Notes: generated by a model not told the origin, from the letters alone. Shown: positions 25,345 to 37,628, counted from the first letter of the stretch. The stretch: 64,000 nt of DNA from Yuukianura sp. NJ FZ-2021 (GCA_046563655.1 CM102284.1:7936001-8000000), one strand, 5' to 3'. Numbers and translations: made by a program.

Positions 25345-27319
25345 ATGAAGGTCGATATTCAGGGAAGGATGAAGATGGATACGCTCACTTTTGTGCTGTC
25401 CTGCATCAGCATATTTTGTTATCCAGGTAAGTTCCGTGCTCCGGGGGGATTGCTAAATCAAGATTAATGTTAGTGCAAATATGAAATAGTTGTGGCTAAC
25501 TGAAGTTATTTATTTTGTTTACAGGCGTAAACAGCGGTTCACCGGATGTACAGAAACATCTCGATATGGGAAGAAAGTTCTTGGAAAGCCGGCAGTTTCA
25601 CGATGCTCTGACACAATTTCACGAAGCGGTGGAACTGGACCCGGATAATTACCAAACCTACTTCAAAAGAGCTTTAGTTTTCTTAGCCCTTGGGAAATAC
25701 AATCAGGCTCTCAAGGATTTTGATAAAGTAATTGAACTCAAACCAGATTTTTCATCCGCCCATTTACAGCGCGCTACACTTTTGATGAAACAAGGACAGC
25801 TCGACTTGGCCCACATTGATTTCGAGAATGTGGTAAGCATTAACTCAGCTTTCTAAAAACTTACAATCCTTCGGTACTTGCACTTGCTTCAAATATTTTT
25901 TCTTCTTTCCTTTTAGTTGCGAAAGGAGCCGGACAGTATAGAAGGAAATCAGGGATATCAAAATGTGGACGAAGCATGGAAACTAAAGGAAGAACTAAAG
26001 CACTACTCAGAAATGAACGACTGCAACACTCAAGTCGAACTGCTTTCTAAACTAATTGAAATTTCCCCCTGGGATCCATCCCTTCGACATCAGCGATCTG
26101 ATTGCTATCTGACGCTTGGAGATTCGGAATATGCCATATCCGATCTCCGTTTTACAACGCGTCTGGTTCTGGACGACACTGATGGTTATTACAGGTTAGT
26201 TGAAAAATGAATTTCTGTTTTTAATGATGTTGGTTCAACTTATGACAGTGGCATTTTGAAATTTCAGACTGAGCTCTCTTCAGTACCAATTGGGTGAACT
26301 GGAAGAAGCCTTAAAAGAGATTCGTGAATGCCTTAAATTGGATCCAGAACACAAATTATGTTTTCCATTGTACAAAACGTTGAAGAAATTAGACAAGTTA
26401 TACCAGGATGCAGTCAAAGCCGGCGAAAGTGAGCACTACGACGAATGCGTAACCGATGTCAAAAAGGTAAGAAACGAAAGCTACGATATAATATAATCTT
26501 AATCATCTTCGTCTGTCTGGCTGTCCGTCATAACGTAATGTTCAGAACGGTTATTTCGGAAACTGTTGTACCTATTTTGGCTATTTTTGTTTTCAATCAA
26601 TTAGACTTAAATTTTTCAATTACTGTTCTAACTTTCAGGCGCTGAAAGTTGACAGCAAATTACCATCACAAATCGATTTCAAACTGAGACACAAACTGTG
26701 TTGGTGCCATTTAAAGTCAGGTCAAGGTGGATTAGCCGTAGACCACTGCACTAAAGCCATTCATATTAATGAAGACCCCGACGTCCTCTGCGACAGAGCA
26801 GAAGCCTTCTTGTTAGACGATTTTTTTGACCAAGGTAAACTTGAAAGTAACAAATCCTAATTAATCACTTCAATTAATTAATTAATTAATTAATCTTTAG
26901 CAATTCATGACTACAAGCGGGTGTTAGAAATTAATGAAGACAATCGAAGAGCTCGTGATGGTTTGTCTCGTGCTCAAAAGCTTCAGAAACAGTCCAAAAA
27001 ACGTGATTACTACAAGATCCTCGGTGTGAATCGAAATGCAAAGAAGGGAGAAATAGTCAAAGCTTACCGGAAACTAGCTCAAAAGTGGCATCCTGATAAC
27101 TTTCAAGGAGAAGAACAAAAGGCAGCTCAAGCCAAGTTTATTGACATCGCAGCGGCTAAGGAAGTTCTCACTGATCCCGAGAAACGGGCCAAGTTTGACA
27201 ACGGAGAGGATCCACTTGACCCGGAAGCTCAAAATGGGCATCATCATCACGGCGGACGAGGCGACTTTCCGTTCTTCTTTCAAAATTCTGGTCCTTTTCA
27301 TTTTAAATTTAACATGTAA
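25345..27319 (+). CDS. DNAJC3: DnaJ homolog subfamily C member 3 (P58IPK), multi-exon
   Basis: Signal-like N-terminus, TPR repeats (HLDMGRKFL..., [15 protein letters not shown]) and a C-terminal J domain RDYYKILGV...WHPDNF...[26 protein letters not shown]. Confidence 0.95.
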
Positions 27320-27552
27320 TTATTGATCTTTAGGCGCAGGAAAGGCAGGAAAAGTACCCGTAATCCCGTTGTCATTTGGGTCCATGGTAATCGTCGAACT
27401 CGATCGCTACTTGAAAACTTTCTTTTCCTGGATTCACTTCTCCGAATTTTCGAATATCATTTCGAAATTTCTGTTCAAATTGAGGAAGAGGATTGCCATT
27501 GGCCTTTGCCGTTGTGGGGACTGACCAAGTCCACATTTCACTGGGTAACTTA

Positions 27553-27938
27553 AACATTCCCAAACTGTCATCGAGTCTTTGAATTTAAAAAAATACAGTC
27601 ATATATCATATTCCGTAATGTCGAAGGAAAAATTTCTGCAGTAGTAGTTTCGGTTGCCAACGCCAAAAAAAAGTGCCCCGACGTGGGATCGAACCCGTGG
27701 GCCCAATTCAGAGGGATGCGAATTTTTCATGTCGAATTCTTCAGCAGAATACCTTGATTCTCGACGTTTTCTGTTGAAGAATTCGACAACAAAAAATTTT
27801 TTTTGGAGTGGGGCCGCGGCCGCGGGTTCGAGGCAAGGTAGGGGTACTTTTATTCGGCGTTGACAACCAAAACTAGTGCAGATTCGTTTGAAATGCATAA
27901 TTTTTTAAATTCAAAAACTCGACAGGGTTGGGAATGTT
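27553..27938. mobile_element. MITE-like element with imperfect ~40-bp TIRs
   Basis: AACATTCCCAAACTGTCATCGAGTCTTTGAATTTAAAAAAAT versus the reverse complement of the right end, AACATTCCCAACCCTGTCGAGTTTTTGAATTTAAAAAA. Confidence 0.6.
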
Positions 27939-28643
27939 CCCCATTAGTATAACAAATTCCAATATTCTTTTTTCTTTCAAAATCCTGAGTGTTTTTGACT
28001 AATTTTTTTAAGATAAACCACTTCATGTCTTCTGTCTCTTCAATTTTTTAGATTTGGGGTGGGTATGGGTAATGTTAAATCGGTGTCAATTTCTTAATTA
28101 GTTGAATTTGATGACCTTAACTGTGTTTGACGAGAAATTAATTGACATTTGACACCATAATTTTTCTGAGGTCAAACCATTAACACCTAAAATTTAAACT
28201 GTCAATTCTTTTTTCTTCTAAAAACCCAGCCAGTTATCTCTCCGTTGTTCGATTGCTGAATGTTTTTTTAACGGAAATGATAGCATTGTGATAATTTAAC
28301 TGTAAAAATTACTGTTTAACAATTGTTAATCACTATTTTGTTGGCGCATGGTCTCTCGTTTGAGTGTAAATTATAAACCCGGAATTATGGTAATTCCTAA
28401 TGGATTCGGATGGATGAGCAGGTTATTAATTAATTAAAACTTCCCAAGGACACTGACGAATGTTACAAAAAGACAAACATGGAAAATGAACTAATGAAAA
28501 TAAACCGACATTATTTAAAAATGTTAATTCAAAAGTTAAGTCCATTAATTTAATTTCAATTTGCAAAAAATTGAAATTAGGAAAGTCGTGAATTGTGACG
28601 TACCTTAATCCCATAAATTAAATTACTGGCGGTAAATCAGCGT

Positions 28644-29321
28644 TTAGCGGAACATTTTCTTCATGGCGGACGCGGATTTTTCATTGAACTTTTTGAGCCG
28701 TTGATTTAGCAAGTCCAGTTTTAATTTAACGGCAGCATTTGTTGGTTCAAGTGCTTGGGCAGCATAGAGATCCGTTGCTGATTTTTCGTATTCCTGTAAA
28801 CAGGAATACAAAAGTGAACAATTGAGTCTGATTTTGGGTGAATTGATTGATTAATTAATTTACCTGAATTTCCATGAAGGCAGTTCCGCGACGGTATAAG
28901 GCTTTGACATTTTCCGGTTCCGATTCAAGTACTGAATTACACAAGTCGACAGCATAGGCCCAATTTCCTTTGAGTATATGACAATTGGCAGCATTATTTT
29001 GAAGTATTCCGAGTAAAGTCCTTTTACGTTCACAGATTTCTTTAGAAGTACATTTTGGATCAATTAGAATTAGAGCCTGCAAAACAATGAAAAAATTAGT
29101 AAAAATCTTATATTTGCGAAGTATCTTTGGAATTTCGTGAAAATCACCTTGATGCCGTTAGCAAAAGAGCGGAAGGCTCCTTCGATGTCTTTGGCCTCAA
29201 AACAAGTTTTCCCAGATTCTTTATAAGATGCTGCCAATTCCAATTTCTGTTCGTCATCCATGTTCAGAATGTCGTGATCAAGTAGCGAAGACGAAGATGC
29301 TGTTGACTCTGCCGCCGCCAT
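28644..29321 (-). CDS. FKBP-type TPR-only co-chaperone (TTC9/FKBPL-like), 3 exons (~29321-29148, 29076-28864, 28793-28644)
   Basis: TPR motifs KESGKTCFEAKDIEGAFRSF, NNAANCHIL, NVKALYRRG and C-terminus AMKKMFR*, typical of immunophilin TPR modules. Confidence 0.85.
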
Positions 29322-29323
29322 GA

Positions 29324-29773
29324 TTACTTTCCCTTTGTAACTTGTTTAATCCAGTTCAAGTAGGCGGAGCTTCCTTGCTCAATTGGAAGCCCAATTACTT
29401 CTGGAACGTCGTACGGATGATTTTGTTTGACGTAGCTCGATAACTCTTCAAAGAGATGCTCTTGTGTCTTGATCATCAACAGGAGTTCAGAATCTTCGTT
29501 AATCTTCCCTTCCCACTCGTACACTGATGTCACTTGAGGGATGATGTTGACACAGGCAGCGAGTTTCTTGGAGACGAGTCCAGTAGCAAGGGCTTTTCCT
29601 ACTTCAATTGATGGAACAGTCACAAAGACTGCTCGGAATGTGCTCATAGTAGGCTCTACCGAACTGTGTCGAGATTTGCCACTGCTAGTAGAGTAGACCA
29701 AGTAAAGGAAGTAACTCACCAACTGCTGCACCAAAACCAAGATGATAATAATTTGCAATACTTGTCTAAGCAT
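29324..29773 (-). CDS. CUTA: Protein CutA homolog
   Basis: VFVTVPS, KKLAACVNIIP, SVYEWEGKI, ELLLMIKT, HPYDVPEVI. Hydrophobic N-terminal extension; second Met at 29647. Confidence 0.93.
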   Translation of the reverse strand: MLRQVLQIIIILVLVQQLVSYFLYLVYSTSSGKSRHSSVEPTMSTFRAVFVTVPSIEVGKALATGLVSKKLAACVNIIPQVTSVYEWEGKINEDSELLLMIKTQEHLFEELSSYVKQNHPYDVPEVIGLPIEQGSSAYLNWIKQVTKGK

Positions 29774-29867
29774 AAGAATTCAGGAACCTACTGCTCGTCC
29801 GTACTGAAATTTAGAAAAGAACTAATTAAAATGCAATTCAATTGGATTCTCCTTGCAATGACTCACC

Positions 29868-30046
29868 GGTTGGAGAGTAGCAATGGGGTCCGTTTTTCTT
29901 TTAGTGTGAGCTATGTTTATCAAATCAGGACACAGTGCACAGTCCCTGAGTTAGGTTAGGTTAGGTGTTGAAGGTGCACTGTGTCCTGATTTGATAAACA
30001 TAGCTCACACTAAAAGAAAAACGGACCCCATTGCTACTCTCCAACC
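29868..30046. mobile_element. MITE family A, copy 1 (179 bp; ~73-bp TIRs starting GGTTGGAG; 8-bp TSD GACTCACC)
   Basis: Perfect long inverted arms. TSD at 29860-29867 and 30047-30054. Central TTAGG repeats. Confidence 0.92.
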
Positions 30047-30568
30047 GACTCACCTTTATTCTTCAGTACTAAATCCTCTCTTCATTAAAACAATTATTTG
30101 CAGCGCCTCTGAGTTATAAATCGATTGACTGATCAATCGAGTCTAACAACTGATGCTGATCGAAGAACCATATGACAATCGGTGGCAATCGCAATGCACA
30201 ACACAGTGTAATAAGGTAAGTTATTGGACGATAATTGGTTAATTTAATTTAATGACAAAAAGGAAAACCAATCATCTGTTTTGATTAAACAGTTTAATTT
30301 TTTTTCACTGTCTAAAAGTCACAGCTGTGAAATTTGAAATCAAAATTCCCGCGCCGCACAGAATAAAAATACAGAAAAGTACGTGCTGACTACGCGCTTG
30401 AAAAACAAAAACTAAATAATTAGTTCAAACTCAAAGTGAGCCAATTCTTCTAAAACTTGACGATTAATAGTAATTCAAAAATTAACGTAACGTAACGATA
30501 TGTGTCAGCAACAACTTTGCCTTTGCTCTTAACGTTTTATAATTATACCTAACTTTAGGGGGAAGAGC

Positions 30569-30723
30569 GGTTGGAGTCTAGTTTTGTAGTCCGTTTTTCT
30601 TTAGCCCATGAGTTAGGTTATGAAATCAGGACACAGTGCACGACGCACTGTGCACCTTCAACACCTAGCCTAACCTAACTCAGGGACTAAAAGAAAAACG
30701 GACTACAAAACTAGACTCCAACC
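30569..30723. mobile_element. MITE family A-related, copy 2 (155 bp; TIR GGTTGGAGTCTAG; 8-bp TSD GGAAGAGC)
   Basis: TSD at 30561-30568 and 30724-30731. Shares AAATCAGGACACAGTGCAC and a CCTAA-repeat core with copy 1. Confidence 0.9.
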
Positions 30724-30895
30724 GGAAGAGCTTTGGTCGTGCCGTTTTCGTCAGAGTCAGAGATTAAAATATTACGAGTTCACCGCGCCGAACAACCGCG
30801 CTGCTGGGTTAGGCATTACTGATTCTTCTTTTTATTACGATTTTTTTCAGTTTATCTTTATCATTTTAAAAATTGAAAGACGTATTACAAAGACG

Positions 30896-31587
30896 GGTTG
30901 AGGTAAACTTTAACGGAACTTATTGTAGCCGCACAGTGTAGCCGCCGGCGGCCATCTTGAGTGGCTACAATGGGTGGCTACGCTTGAGCGGCAACATTTG
31001 TAGCCGCTTGTGAGAAAATTTCCCTTGTCGCCACCCAATTGTAGCCGCATATGCTAAATAATGCTGGCAACAATGTTTTAGAATTTGGTCTCGAGATACA
31101 ATAATCTAAACGAGAAACTCGAATCTAATCGCTATTGTCAAGTACTGACCTAACCTAACGCCGCGCCTTCGGCGCGGAAAAATAAAAGTGAATTCTCTGA
31201 ATGATGCAGCAAAAAAAACATTTAGATTGGCAACATTTACTTTTTGATTCAGTAAATTCTAATCCTGTTGTATTTTCCCGCGCCGAAGGCGCGGAGTTAG
31301 GTTTTTAAAGTTTGCAATACTGATTTCGTCTGTAGGTTAGGCTGTTTAAAGTGTAAAGTTCGCAGTACTAATTGCGTCAACAGGTTAGGTCATCTTAAAT
31401 TCTTAAACAGTGTTGCCAGCATTATTTAGCATTTGCGGCTACAATATGGTGGCTACAAGGCAAAATTCTCCACGGGCGGCTACAAATGCTGCCGCTCGAG
31501 CGTAGCCACCCATTGTAGCCACTCAAGATGGCCGTCGGCGGCTACACTGTGCGGCTACAATGAGTTCCGTTAAAGTTTACCTCAACC
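30896..31587. mobile_element. Foldback MITE, ~180-bp TIRs starting GGTTGAGG, 8-bp TSD CAAAGACG
   Basis: TSD at 30888-30895 and 31588-31595. Arms are rich in GTAGCC/GGCTAC. Internal CGCGCC-TTC/GAA-GGCGCG hairpins at ~31162 and ~31278. Confidence 0.9.
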
Positions 31588-32034
31588 CAAAGACGTTTCG
31601 TCTTTCGTGGGTGGAGGTGGAGGGAGTTGGTTGAATGGAGTTTAGCATGTATTTTAGCAAAGATTCGATAAATCCTTGAGTAATATTGAAAATAAGGTAT
31701 TATGACAAGTCAATATCCAAGTACAATCCAAGTTAAGAATTAATCCATAATTCATTCTAATTTATCTGCTCATTATTCAGGATATAGGAAGACTGACTGA
31801 AACTGGAACTTCCGGAACCTTCGTTAAGTTTTATTGACCGTTGACCTTCTTGACCATTTTAATATTCAGAAGTCAGCTGAGCTTGCTTGAGCAGCGCTTA
31901 AAGTATGACAAACCTGCACATTTCAAATGATTTCATCGTCATCCACACACTTAAAAATTCTACTGAATAGCTCTCAATCGAAGCGAAACACTTACTGATT
32001 AACTATTTTCTTTTTTCTTTTTTCCAGAAAAAAA

Positions 32035-34761
32035 ATGAGGGTAGACGGAGTAGATTCGCAGCATGAGGAACATGTAAAAATCCTAGAAGCCCTTGGATCC
32101 AATCTGAAGTCAGAAGTAGCCCGTGGACTTCGGTTACTGGACACTTGTGTTACGAACATCGCCCAAGCGAAATGGATTCTATCAAATGTAGACGAGTGTC
32201 TTTCTGGATTCTCAAAGGGCTGTCCAGTCTGCGGAACTCTCCCAGAACGACATGTTGCTAAAACTGTTGGAAAGGAAATCAAAACCAAGTCTAATGCTAA
32301 CTCTCCCGACTCCAATCAGAATCAGTTCAAACGATCTACTGAACCAGACCGTGTTGTCATTACGAACAAACCGTTAAAATCGTCTGCATTTCAGTCTCTC
32401 CGAAAACCATCTTCCTCGCCACCACCGCGGCCCAAACCTCCTACAACAAATGCTGCACCAGTACATCGGATCGGTCCACGTTCTAAGACACGCCCTGCCG
32501 AACCATCGGCTGCTGTTCCTGTTCCTGCTGAAGTTATAGTTGAGGATCCTCCGATACCTCCTAAACCCAAAATCATTGACATCACCACACCTCCGAGGAA
32601 ACTTCCAAAGATATTCAGCGTCGTGGTAGCCCAAACGGTAGTACAAGTTGAGTTGACCGACATAAAACCTTACCTACGCGGAAGAACTACGAAAGTGGAC
32701 TTAAGTAAACTCAATGGCTTTGTTTCTCCTACAAAACCAATCCCCTCTGACTTGAAATTCAAGCCGGAGGTGATCAAAGTCAGGTCACAAGCAACTAAAA
32801 AGGCTGTTCAGGGCCCTGGACCAGCTTCCAAGAGATTCATAGAATCCTTAAAGAAAACTGAATCTGTCTCAAAACCGAACATATTGGATTCCAGTAGCAG
32901 CGATGATGACAAACCAGTCATTGTCAAGCCCACGCCTCGTCCAACTCCAGCTCCTGTCGCAGCTCCAGCTCCACCTCCCGCAGTATCATCAAAGAAGAAC
33001 GCCAGTGACTCTGGAAGTGACTACGACTATAACTTTGCCAGCACAACAAATACCAATAACACCAAGAGTCTCAAAACGAACAAGAGTAAGATTGGATCTC
33101 AAGTGACTTTGAGCAAGAGACCGCGACCGCAGAGTACTGACAGTGACGAAGACTATGACTACAAGAAAAAGAAAGGCACAAAGTCCATTTTTAAAAAGAA
33201 AGTGTCCTCCAGTAGTTCTACCTCGGACGATTCGGATTCTGATGCTTATGAACGTAAAAAGAAGAAGAAAGTGAAACGTAAAGATTCCACAACGGACAAA
33301 GAAAAAGATAAAGCTTCATCATCTAAAAAAGAAGCTAAGACTGGAAGTGGAAGCAGATCTTCGTCAATCGTGACCTCTCGCATGACAGTTGCACTCGACC
33401 CGAGTCATCCCAGCTCAAGTAAGATTCTGAATTCGTTGAAATCGAAGAGCGATTCAAAAATTCGGAGAGATTCTGGATCGACTACTGGCAGTTACGCCAA
33501 ATCAGACACCAGCAGTAAGGATAAAGCGAGACATAAACCTGAAACTAAGGAAGTTCCCGCCAAATCCAAAGTCCAATCAGCTGATCCCGTACCGGAATCA
33601 ACTGTCAAACCGATAGAACCTACCGTTGCTCCGGTACCGCCAAAACCAGCAGCATATCGACCCGGTCCTGCCTCTCGCAAAAAATTGGCACAACCTCCCG
33701 TTCCTGCTGCTGCTGAAGCATCAACTTCGAAACCGACCGAACCGACTTCCAAACCGGACGCCGTGAGTGAACCGAAAACCGTGAATGTTGCCGAAACAGC
33801 TGATAAGTCTGAAACTGCTTCTACCAATGGAGAGAAGACCGCTACGACGACGGTGCAAGGAAATTCAGCGTCTAAAGCCGACCCATTTACGCTTCTGAAG
33901 CAGTCAATCAAAGCCAGTCACAGTAAGGCTCCGGAAGGTCCAGCAAAGGATAAGCCCGTTGCAGCTCCAGTAATCTCTAGTTTGATGAGCTCACTTGATT
34001 TGAAAGCCAAAGCTCAACTACTGGCCAAACTTACTCAAATGTCATCCAAGAAACAAGGTCCTCCAGTGTCCAAACCTACAACAGAAACTCCAGTTCAAGC
34101 ATCGCTGAAAGCGCTATCAGCGCTGGTCAAGCCTCAGAAACTAAAAGCTCTTCCTGCAGCTCCTCTTCCAGCTCCTGTTGACCTTGACACTGAAGATGAC
34201 CGCGGAATAGAACTGGGAGATGATGTTATTGGACGATGTATTGGTGACATTGAAGATACTGGCGCTGGAGGAGATGTTCCTGATAATACCGGTGATGCTG
34301 ATGCTGATGCTGGCAGTATCGACCAGACTGACTCCGAACCCCGCATTTCCATTACTTTTCAAGACTGTCTTTCTCCGACTCCGACGACACTTTATTCAGG
34401 GAATGACGATGCTGCTGAACCTTCTCCAGAACCGGACTCCTCTTCAACAACTACTGTGGAGAAGATCCAGCATCTTTTACTCAAGTTTGCTTTAGAACCG
34501 ATTGACGATGCGGCTCTGCTGCACTCCCAGGATAAACTGAACCAACTCTTTGCTTTTGGATTGCATTCGAACAGTGCTGAATTTGAAACGTTTCGAGGAG
34601 ATTTGCAAGACGGAGTTTGGTATCTCGTCAATGGGAAGTCTTTGGGCAAAGCAGTTTGTTCCGATACTGTCAGCCTTTTTGAGTGGGAGGCTGTGTCAGA
34701 GGAAGATTTGACCAGAATTCTGAGAGAGCTGGAAGGATACACTGCTTCTTGTGTGCGCTGA
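32035..34761 (+). CDS. Uncharacterised 908-aa low-complexity protein (Pro/Ser/Lys-rich, probable NLSs)
   Basis: Long single-exon ORF preceded by a splice acceptor (TTCCAG, ~32027). No family recognised. Confidence 0.75.
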   Translation: MRVDGVDSQHEEHVKILEALGSNLKSEVARGLRLLDTCVTNIAQAKWILSNVDECLSGFSKGCPVCGTLPERHVAKTVGKEIKTKSNANSPDSNQNQFKRSTEPDRVVITNKPLKSSAFQSLRKPSSSPPPRPKPPTTNAAPVHRIGPRSKTRPAEPSAAVPVPAEVIVEDPPIPPKPKIIDITTPPRKLPKIFSVVVAQTVVQVELTDIKPYLRGRTTKVDLSKLNGFVSPTKPIPSDLKFKPEVIKVRSQATKKAVQGPGPASKRFIESLKKTESVSKPNILDSSSSDDDKPVIVKPTPRPTPAPVAAPAPPPAVSSKKNASDSGSDYDYNFASTTNTNNTKSLKTNKSKIGSQVTLSKRPRPQSTDSDEDYDYKKKKGTKSIFKKKVSSSSSTSDDSDSDAYERKKKKKVKRKDSTTDKEKDKASSSKKEAKTGSGSRSSSIVTSRMTVALDPSHPSSSKILNSLKSKSDSKIRRDSGSTTGSYAKSDTSSKDKARHKPETKEVPAKSKVQSADPVPESTVKPIEPTVAPVPPKPAAYRPGPASRKKLAQPPVPAAAEASTSKPTEPTSKPDAVSEPKTVNVAETADKSETASTNGEKTATTTVQGNSASKADPFTLLKQSIKASHSKAPEGPAKDKPVAAPVISSLMSSLDLKAKAQLLAKLTQMSSKKQGPPVSKPTTETPVQASLKALSALVKPQKLKALPAAPLPAPVDLDTEDDRGIELGDDVIGRCIGDIEDTGAGGDVPDNTGDADADAGSIDQTDSEPRISITFQDCLSPTPTTLYSGNDDAAEPSPEPDSSSTTTVEKIQHLLLKFALEPIDDAALLHSQDKLNQLFAFGLHSNSAEFETFRGDLQDGVWYLVNGKSLGKAVCSDTVSLFEWEAVSEEDLTRILRELEGYTASCVR

Positions 34762-35338
34762 AAGCTGATCGCTGATTTGTTAGAAGCAGCACATTGTTAC
34801 CTAAGGTGGTCTAAAATTCTGTAAGCAATCTCTACGATTTTCTCTACAATTTTTTTTTTGACTATATGATTAGTTTCTTGACTTATTTTGCTGGTATTTA
34901 CCAAACTCCATTGCTTTTTTGACTAATTATATAAATTATAATATTATACATGGTTAATTAATTCATATAAATTATGTTAAGTTTAGTTTCAAAATAATCT
35001 AGAAGGTGAGAATACCGTTGACCCGAATGCATTTTGTTGAATCTTCATAGATTGTGTTAAATCTGTGCACTGGTTCAAAGCCATTTAACAATAAATTGCG
35101 CTTGAACATATGGAAATCTCATGAAAAAACTTTTAAAAAAAGTTTCTTTTTTTTGCTTGCATTTTTTTTTGAATGTTGATCGGTATGCCGTATGCCTATT
35201 TTTAGAACTTTAGAATCCCCTGTTTCGGAACTTGTTTTCTAAAGCAAGATGTGATGTAATTCGAACAGTTCCGGTGAATTTGAAATTTTGAAATTAGTGA
35301 AATTTTGAAATTACTCAAATTTTTCGATTACTTGGACC

Positions 35339-37551
35339 ATGGTAGACTCAATTGTTGAGGAAGCTCTGCTTGGCGAAACTTGTTCTACTGAAAGTTCAGT
35401 AGGATCAGTACTAGTGAAATTGAATAGTGCATTTTTTGAAAATGTTCAAAAATGTTCATCGTTAGAATCTTTTGATCGAAGTTTCAAAAATTGCAAAAGT
35501 AACCAAGAGCGTCTCAAATTCTGTTCAAAGTATTTTCCATTTTCCGAAGAATCCTCATTCTACAACAAACTTTTAGGTACTAAATCCTTTTCAAATTTCT
35601 TAAACCAGCTCTCAGTTTTGAACATAATTTGAGTGTTTGTTTTGAAATTTCAGATTATACTAAAAATGAAGACATTTCGAACAAATTCCGGAATCGTGGA
35701 AATGAATTTTTCAAAAACCGGAACTTTGACTTGGCCCTTCGCGCTTACAATTTAGCCCTGTGTTATGCTCCAACTGGAGCAGCTTCAACAGCACTTAGCC
35801 TCTCCTATGCTAATCGTTCTGCAGTGTTATTTGAACTGGGACAACTGGAGTTTTTAGAAAACAGTTTAGAAGACATTTCTAGAGCGCTGAATCTTGGATA
35901 TCCAGAAGAGTCAAAGGTCAAGCTGGAGAGGCGTCGAGAAAAAGCGACGCAAAGAATTGCTTCAATTCGAGAAATTTCTACAGCAAATATTGCAGCTCAC
36001 AGCGATCCAGCGAACCAAGAATTTCAAAAGTTCGAAATTTTCAAGAAAAAGCTGTTTCAAATTCAAAATCCTTCGAACATACTTCCCTCCGCTGAAAACT
36101 TTGTGGAGATTTCGTCACATCCGATTCGTGGAAGGGAGTTGTCAGTAACAAATGATGTTCAAGCAGGTTAGTGAAAATAAATTCCAAAAAATTTGATGTC
36201 TTTTTTGGATTTTGGAATTCAAAATTTTGAAATTTTTGGTTTTAGGAACGACGCTGGTTGTTGAGAAGCCTTTTACAAAAATCCTGAAGAATTCACTCCA
36301 GTGGGAAGTCAGTCACTGCCACAACTGCTTCAAACCAGTCGTCACTGGACTGCCTTGTACTGGATGCGTTTTCGTAAAGTTTTCAAAAACAAAGTCTTGG
36401 TTTTCAGTTTTTGAAAAAAAGTTCATTCCCTGCAATTTCAATTTCAGGCCATGTTTTGCTCCTTGACATGTCAAGAACAAGCGATGTCCACTTTTCATAG
36501 CTACGAATGTCCATGTTGGCCATATTTCTACGAATCACAAACGCCGAGATTCGTTTTGCAAACGTTTCGGCTCATCTGTCAACTCGGCCCCACCGAACTG
36601 ACCACTCTTTTCGAAAATCCTACAAAACTTGTATCCTGGAGTGACCGAACGTGTGCAAAAGAAGTTTATGACCCAACTTCCTACACTTCAGTGTACCAAC
36701 TCGTGTCGCATGTCAAAGGTCACGACGACATTGCAAACTTTGCTAACGTTTTACACACGTTAACGCTCACGGCTCTTCTGGACCGTCTCACTCCATTTTT
36801 CAGTCAACTTCAACAAGAAATCAAGTCAAAGTTTCTACAATTCGTCCAGAATCTAATCCTGCACCACTTACAGAATCTTCCATGCAACTCACTGGCTCTA
36901 GAAGAGGTCAAAGGTCAACTTGAAAATCTCGGACGACCAAGTCGTGACCCCGCAAATATTCGAACTGCCAAGTTAGAACAATTTGCTTCCGGCGTCTACC
37001 CCACCATCAGCCTAATCAATCACTCATGTGACCCGAATGTCACTCGACTCACGGATTCTGCCAACGGAGGTCAAATGTCAATCGTGACCCTTAAGTCCCT
37101 CAAGGCCGGAACTCCTCTCTTCACTTCCTATACAAAAAGCTTCTTTCAAGATCCACTTCCAGAAAGGCTCCACTATTTGAGTGAAAATTACCATTTCGAA
37201 TGTGCTTGTCCACCGTGTACTGAAAAGTGGCCTCAATTGACTGACCTCTTGACCTTGGACCCTAAGTTTCAGTGTGACCTGTGTCGCAAGCCAATCCGAT
37301 CAAACGGACAATGCAGCTCAAAATGCAGAAAGAAGCATAAGATGCTGGATGTGCTGGCAGAATTTGAGCAGCAGTTGAGCAATTTCTATCAAACTTACGA
37401 ATTGGTTGTTCAAAACCAACCAATAGAGGCGCTGGAAAAATTAAAACCGGTTTTAGCCTACTTTGAATCTAAAGTTATGAAACCGTCTGGAAAATACTTG
37501 CTGGTACTGGAAACACTCAAGAGAGCACTGGATCTAGTAGTCTATTTCTAA
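35339..37551 (+). CDS. SET and MYND domain protein, SMYD4-like (multi-exon)
   Basis: N-terminal TPR (RNRGNEFF, YANRSAVL), MYND (CHNC...C..C..MFCS..C...HSYEC), SET (GVYPTISLINHSCDPN) and post-SET (YHFECACPPC). Confidence 0.9.
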
Positions 37552-37628
37552 AATTTCGAAAAGTTTGTGGAAAACAATTAAAATAAAATAGTTTAAATTA
37601 AAATAATATGTAATTAAAAGTACTTATT

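Noticed and set aside
26490-26600. DINE-like fragment (GTCTGTCTGGCTGTCCGTC) in a DNAJC3 intron
   Set aside because: Too short and degenerate to define boundaries.
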